From: an uncultured virus (IMG/VR IMGVR_UViG_3300037991_004722)
Lineage: Duplodnaviria > Heunggongvirae > Uroviricota > Caudoviricetes
Reading direction: 5' to 3' (one strand)
Virus record (IMG/VR): IMGVR_UViG_3300037991_004722
Location: 1 to 64,000 of that record
DNA: 64,000 bases
The notes under the pieces are model-generated. The model was not told the DNA's origin and ran no database searches. It saw nothing but the letters and a program-made list of their open reading frames with translations. This document shows, piece after piece, positions 60,110 through 64,000 of the stretch (within the stretch, counting starts at the first letter, position 1; each line of letters opens with the position of its first letter). Made by a program: the position numbers and the translations under genes.

Positions 60110-61005
60110 TGCCCCTGCATAGTTCGCGGGTGTTGTACGGGTTCCGGGTGAATGCCCCCCAACGGTCAAGCGTTCCGGGGGCGGTAGAGGTCCGCCACGC
60201 GCCGGGCTCAAACCCCCTCGAAACGCAGGGGGAGCCCAGGCGCGGGCTATGTAAACGTGCGCCCTGTGCTATCGGCGGTGCCAGCCCGGACGCCCGACTG
60301 ACTGCGTACCCTGAGCGTGTCCCCGTCAGGGAAGGGTAATGGTGAGGAGAGGGGGCCCCTAAGCCCCGTCTTCCAGTACTTGCGTTCGAACCATTAGGGT
60401 GATTCTACTAACGTACCGCTGTCATTTGATACGCTCCATAGCGTGCCCCCACGAGGGGCCGGGGATTCGAACCCCGCGTCTGTTGACTGCCTCAAAAAGT
60501 GGCGGTGATTTTCGCGCTCACCGGGGCGCACTGCTACCCGTGGCCACGGCACACGGGGCCCCCGGATATCGCACCGGGGCGGGCGGCTCGTTTTTTAGAC
60601 TGTGGAGAGCTATCCACCGGCCTTGTTTAGGTGGCCCCTTTAGCGGGGCCGGGTATCGGGTCCCCCTCGCGTCAGGCTATGCCGCCGGGGGTCATGGTGT
60701 CAGGTGTCTTCAATCACCTATGCACATGGGTGGACTCTTCACCGATTCGGCTCACCCGCTTGCTGGGGTCGTGGCCACTTGACGCTCCTACCTTCGCTCC
60801 TGCTGTCGCTCACTTGAGCCCCGACCGTGGCCGGGTTCCTCGCTCGTGTTGTTGCTTGGCTTCGCTTGTGACTTTCAGCGGGCGACAGAGTCCTCCCCTT
60901 AGTTGTCATCGGTGGCCGGGTTCGTGTGCCCGGCTTGCGCCTCGGAATGCTTTGGCCCTGCAGGCCGCCGCTGATTCGAGTTTGCACCCATTGTCTTATT
61001 CGAGA

Positions 61006-61017
61006 TTTGAAAGAGCG
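61006..61017 (-). promoter_or_regulatory. boxA antitermination element
   Basis: CGCTCTTTCAAA about 35 nt after the predicted start site. Confidence 0.65.
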
Positions 61018-61058
61018 TGTCTGGTTTGTTTCCGGGGTGTTTCCCTTTCCACACAAAC

Positions 61059-61087
61059 AGCTTATGGCCGTATGACAGGTGTGGCAA
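61059..61087 (-). promoter_or_regulatory. sigma70 promoter driving the large RNA
   Basis: TTGCCA-17 nt-TAAGCT. Confidence 0.75.
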
Positions 61088-61270
61088 GGGGGGCAGGCAA
61101 AGAAAGTTTGCTAAATCCAGTGAAAACCAAGGTTGAACCTCGATTATCGCTGGTGAAAAAAAATCTGATTTTGTGCCGTTTTTTTTCTATTCGCTGCACT
61201 CGCGTGCGCGTGGTTCCTTTTATGCCCCCCCCTTTTTCTGGTTTTCTTTGGTTTTTTCCCCTTGCCCCCC

Positions 61271-61299
61271 TTGACGGGTGTGGCGGGTGTGACTAAATA
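61271..61299 (+). promoter_or_regulatory. rightward promoter
   Basis: TGCCCCCC-TTGACG-17 nt-TAAATA. Confidence 0.55.
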
Positions 61300-61305
61300 C
61301 CGTGT

Positions 61306-61635
61306 ATGACTTTGACTCTCGCCTTTCGCGGCCTCGCCGCAGACTCCCCCCGACAGCGCGCCCGTTGCTCTGTTACGGGTCGTTTCGTGGCATGGGTCAA
61401 GGCCGCCGCGCTCCGCGTTGCAGGTGCCCCCCGTGTGGTGGTGGTGCCGTCTACCGTGGAACCCGATACCGCCGATGCTGCCCCCGTGGTGGCCCCCGTG
61501 GTATCCGTGGCCGCCGCTATCGCTGCCCCCGTGGTAGCCGTTGCGCGTGCCGTTGCTGCCCCTGTGGTGGCCGTGGCGTCAACTATCATCGCTCGCGTGG
61601 GGCGGTGGTTTCGCCGTGGGGGGTGTACCGTGTGA
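61306..61635 (+). CDS. possible leaderless Ala/Val-rich protein with APVV repeats
   Basis: ATG 6 nt after the -10 box, no SD. Confidence 0.45.
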   Translation: MTLTLAFRGLAADSPRQRARCSVTGRFVAWVKAAALRVAGAPRVVVVPSTVEPDTADAAPVVAPVVSVAAAIAAPVVAVARAVAAPVVAVASTIIARVGRWFRRGGCTV

Positions 61636-61832
61636 AGCGTATGCCATGGCCGCAACCGACCGCCCCCCGTGGTTTTTTGTGGCGCNNNNNNNNNNGGGGG
61701 GGGGGGGGGGGGTGGTGCGTCTCGCTTCCGCTGCTGCCGAAGGCGTCCCCCCCGTGGATTCGTTTTGTTTTTCGTCTCGGGCCGCGCTGGGTTCCCCCCT
61801 GGGGTTTTACGGAAAATAGAGATAATCGGCTA

Positions 61833-61861
61833 TTGACGGACACCTTTCGCAGACATAGAAT
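61833..61861 (+). promoter_or_regulatory. sigma70 promoter
   Basis: TTGACG-17 nt-TAGAAT. Confidence 0.8.
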
Positions 61862-61878
61862 CGGCATTCGAGGTATCA

Positions 61879-62844
61879 ATGAATAAATACGTGTGTTTGG
61901 CTCATCGCTTTCCTGCGGCGGGTATAGAAGGTGTTCTTGGGGTTCCAGTACAGAGCGAGGCCGAAATAGAAGAATACAGGTCTCATATGGATGACGTATC
62001 GCCGAATCAGACCATCAGGTTTGTTCGTCTGACATCAATACCGGACCATGCGAATAAGCATCTGAAAGCAGGTGACGTAGTGGTCAAATACGAGGGACTG
62101 AGCGAGAAGTTTCTTGATGTTCTTCGTCCAGTAGAGACTGCGTACCTGCTCAGTAAGTACAAGGCCGGGGATATTGATTGGGAGCATGCGGAGGACATTC
62201 GTCGTTATTCGTTGGAGAGCTTTCAGTGGCAGCTTGGCTCAGATGGATACCAGTTGGCGATATCGGACCCGCATGGTCGTCTTGTTGTTTTGAGGGCGCA
62301 TCACGGTACTCCGAGGCGTCTTTTTCCGACTGCGTACAGCATCTTGCAGGAAACAGAGAACGACAAGAAGCTTGTGGCGGATGATCCGTATATTGGTCGT
62401 CGTGTGTCGGTTTCTCACAAGCAGAAGTGTGCATGGGCGACAATGCGCTTCATTCACTACTACTTGTTGAAGTATGGCCCGATTGTGGACTCAAGCGTTC
62501 TGTATGAGTTTAAGAAGAAGATACGTCGGCACAATCGCGTATACAGCGACTTACCTAAGTTTGAATTTGCTAACTTTGTTCGTCTGCATACTCGCAGGAC
62601 GCACAAGCATTCTCAGGACTTTTGGCGTCGAGTGCGCGTAGAGTACCTGGAAGATCCTGACTCATTGCCGCGACCGTTGTCGTTTATTGCGTCGAAGCGT
62701 TCTGTGCGCTGGGTTCGTCTGACTATGGAGGAAGTTGATCAGGTATTGAACCATGTTGAGTGGGATGAGTGGAACGAGTTCAGGGATCCGCTTCACTTCT
62801 CGAATGTTCGAAATAATTCATCTGGATCTGCGGAGTGGAACTGA
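61879..62844 (+). CDS. hypothetical protein
   Basis: 321 aa, GAGG SD, upstream promoter. Confidence 0.7.
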   Translation: MNKYVCLAHRFPAAGIEGVLGVPVQSEAEIEEYRSHMDDVSPNQTIRFVRLTSIPDHANKHLKAGDVVVKYEGLSEKFLDVLRPVETAYLLSKYKAGDIDWEHAEDIRRYSLESFQWQLGSDGYQLAISDPHGRLVVLRAHHGTPRRLFPTAYSILQETENDKKLVADDPYIGRRVSVSHKQKCAWATMRFIHYYLLKYGPIVDSSVLYEFKKKIRRHNRVYSDLPKFEFANFVRLHTRRTHKHSQDFWRRVRVEYLEDPDSLPRPLSFIASKRSVRWVRLTMEEVDQVLNHVEWDEWNEFRDPLHFSNVRNNSSGSAEWN

Positions 62845-63158
62845 TGTTGGACGCCAAGTTTGTATCTCGCAACTTGAGGGCTGTTTTACGTGAGTGGTAT
62901 GCGTGGTTGTCTGACAAGGCTACTCATCCAGACGAATGGAGAGCAGTGCCTCATTGGTGCAAGCAAGTTCCATCGACACTGGACATACCGTGGGCCTTGT
63001 ATGAACTGGAGAAGCACACGGATAGGCGTCACATGTTGCGTGCATTGTTTACTGTGGTCGACGAGATCTACATGTCTTGCGAGACGATTGAGAACGCTCC
63101 ATCGATTGATAAGTTGAGAAACCATCTTTTGAGTTGGTATGAGGAAGAATATGGGTGA
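62844..63158 (+). CDS. hypothetical protein
   Basis: TGATG overlap. Confidence 0.6.
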   Translation: MLDAKFVSRNLRAVLREWYAWLSDKATHPDEWRAVPHWCKQVPSTLDIPWALYELEKHTDRRHMLRALFTVVDEIYMSCETIENAPSIDKLRNHLLSWYEEEYG

Positions 63159-63687
63159 TTGGCTGTACATGGTGGAGATTCCTGGTGCTCCGATAGGCAA
63201 GGGAAGGCCGAGAGGGGCGTCAATTGGTGGTCAAGTGCGCCTATATACGCCGAAAAAGACGGCAGATTGGGAGCGTTCTGCGGCGATGGTGATGACCAGT
63301 GTGTGGCGAAAAGCGCCACTTGATGAGCCTGTAGAGGTCGAAATAGCGGCATTTGCGCATCGACCGAAGCGTTTATTGCGCCGAAAAGACCCAGATCACG
63401 TCATTTACAAGACATCGAAGCCAGATGCAGACAACATTTGCAAATGTGCCTTGGATGCGCTGGTGATGGCGGGCGTACTGAGGGACGATTCATTGGTGGT
63501 GAAGGTAACGATCCTGGACTTCTATGCTGAGCGTGATCGTGGACCGAGGCTGTGTTTGCGTATGCGTCCTGCGCAGTCTGAGCCTGTGGAGGGCTGGTGG
63601 GACACGGCATCGCATAAGATGAGCAAGACATTGATGGAATCGCTTGAGGAGAACGACCACAGGTATGAGGATGATTTACCGTGGTGA
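63151..63687 (+). CDS. rusA: RusA-family Holliday junction resolvase
   Basis: IPGAPIGKGRPR, KPDADNICKCALDAL, DDSLVV. Confidence 0.9.
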   Translation: MGDWLYMVEIPGAPIGKGRPRGASIGGQVRLYTPKKTADWERSAAMVMTSVWRKAPLDEPVEVEIAAFAHRPKRLLRRKDPDHVIYKTSKPDADNICKCALDALVMAGVLRDDSLVVKVTILDFYAERDRGPRLCLRMRPAQSEPVEGWWDTASHKMSKTLMESLEENDHRYEDDLPW

Positions 63688-63759
63688 TTGACGGCTTGTT
63701 CTGCTTTGGTTACTCTGATTTTGGAGACAGCCTCTCCTGTGTAATTGATTGTTTGCTCT

Positions 63760-63795
63760 AAAGGCCCTACTTGCTCTGGTGGGGCCTTTTTCTTT
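63760..63795 (+). terminator. intrinsic terminator
   Basis: AAAGGCCCTAC...GTGGGGCCTTTTTCTTT. Confidence 0.8.
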
Positions 63796-63853
63796 GTTTG
63801 CTTTATTGTTGATATGCGGTAAAGTTGTTTTTGTTCATTGAGAGGTAATCGTC

Positions 63854-64000
63854 GTGGCAACAACTGTAATTGACAACACGTATCTTACTTCAAAGGTATT
63901 TTACGAGACTGATCTGGATACCAATCCATTTACAAACGTTTCGAATGGTGCTTGTACTGTTCATTCGATCAACGTATTGAATGGTGTAAGCAGTGCTACG
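63854..64000 (+). CDS. truncated paralog of the 34715/35090 small virion proteins
   Basis: GAGG SD, GTG; MATTVIDNTYLTSKVFYETD...NVSNGACTVHSINV. Confidence 0.55.
   Translation, partial: MATTVIDNTYLTSKVFYETDLDTNPFTNVSNGACTVHSINVLNGVSSAT

Larger units (their letters stand above)
60078..61052 (-). ncRNA. candidate ~1 kb structured non-coding RNA with tRNA/tmRNA-like modules
   Basis: promoter, boxA and terminator bound it; no credible ORF; dense helices, pseudoknots, canonical T-loop GGTTCGAATCC and an ACCA end. Confidence 0.65.

Noticed and set aside
60431..60480. Canonical tRNA gene
   Set aside because: T-arm is perfect but there is no anticodon arm and the arm order is permuted
60820..60925. 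RNase P RNA (GAACCCGGC, GAAAGTC, GGGGAGGA fragments)
   Set aside because: Fragments are non-contiguous and not in the order or spacing needed for P4
60109..61296. ORFs over the ncRNA region (e.g. 60631-61296, 60399-60782, 60739-61056)
   Set aside because: No SD, low-information Arg/Pro/Gly composition, and they overlap promoter and structural elements
61686..61712. Poly-G tract as a biological feature
   Set aside because: Abuts an N gap; length unreliable and possibly a sequencing artefact

Overview
The window is most of a tailed dsDNA phage genome with podovirus-like (P22-like) organisation and three scaffold N-gaps. All family assignments are from motif recognition, not database searches. 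The + strand from 1 to ~38.5 kb carries small basic proteins, SSB, terminase, portal, scaffold, major capsid, adaptor/nozzle, probable ejection proteins (one with an M23 peptidase, one of 2479 aa), tail-fibre genes and a lysis region. An inverted pair of DUF2589-like genes lies at 38.5-39.6 kb. The - strand from 40.5 to 59.5 kb carries HNH, RecT/YqaJ, SF2 helicase, VapE-like helicase, primase, DenV-like glycosylase, a C5 methyltransferase and about 30 small early genes joined by repeated junction motifs. No integrase, CRISPR array, canonical tRNA or rRNA was seen. The most striking region is the mostly non-coding 59.5-61.9 kb stretch. There a sigma70 promoter and an rrn-like boxA leader precede a candidate ~1 kb, heavily structured minus-strand RNA. 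It contains several pseudoknots, a circularly permuted tRNA-like module and a ~560-nt tmRNA-like frame ending in ACCA. Other highlights are a repeat-delimited early-gene cassette array, an ATPase-less paralog of the VapE helicase, a 27-aa RanBP2-type zinc-finger microprotein and two riboswitch-like leaders.
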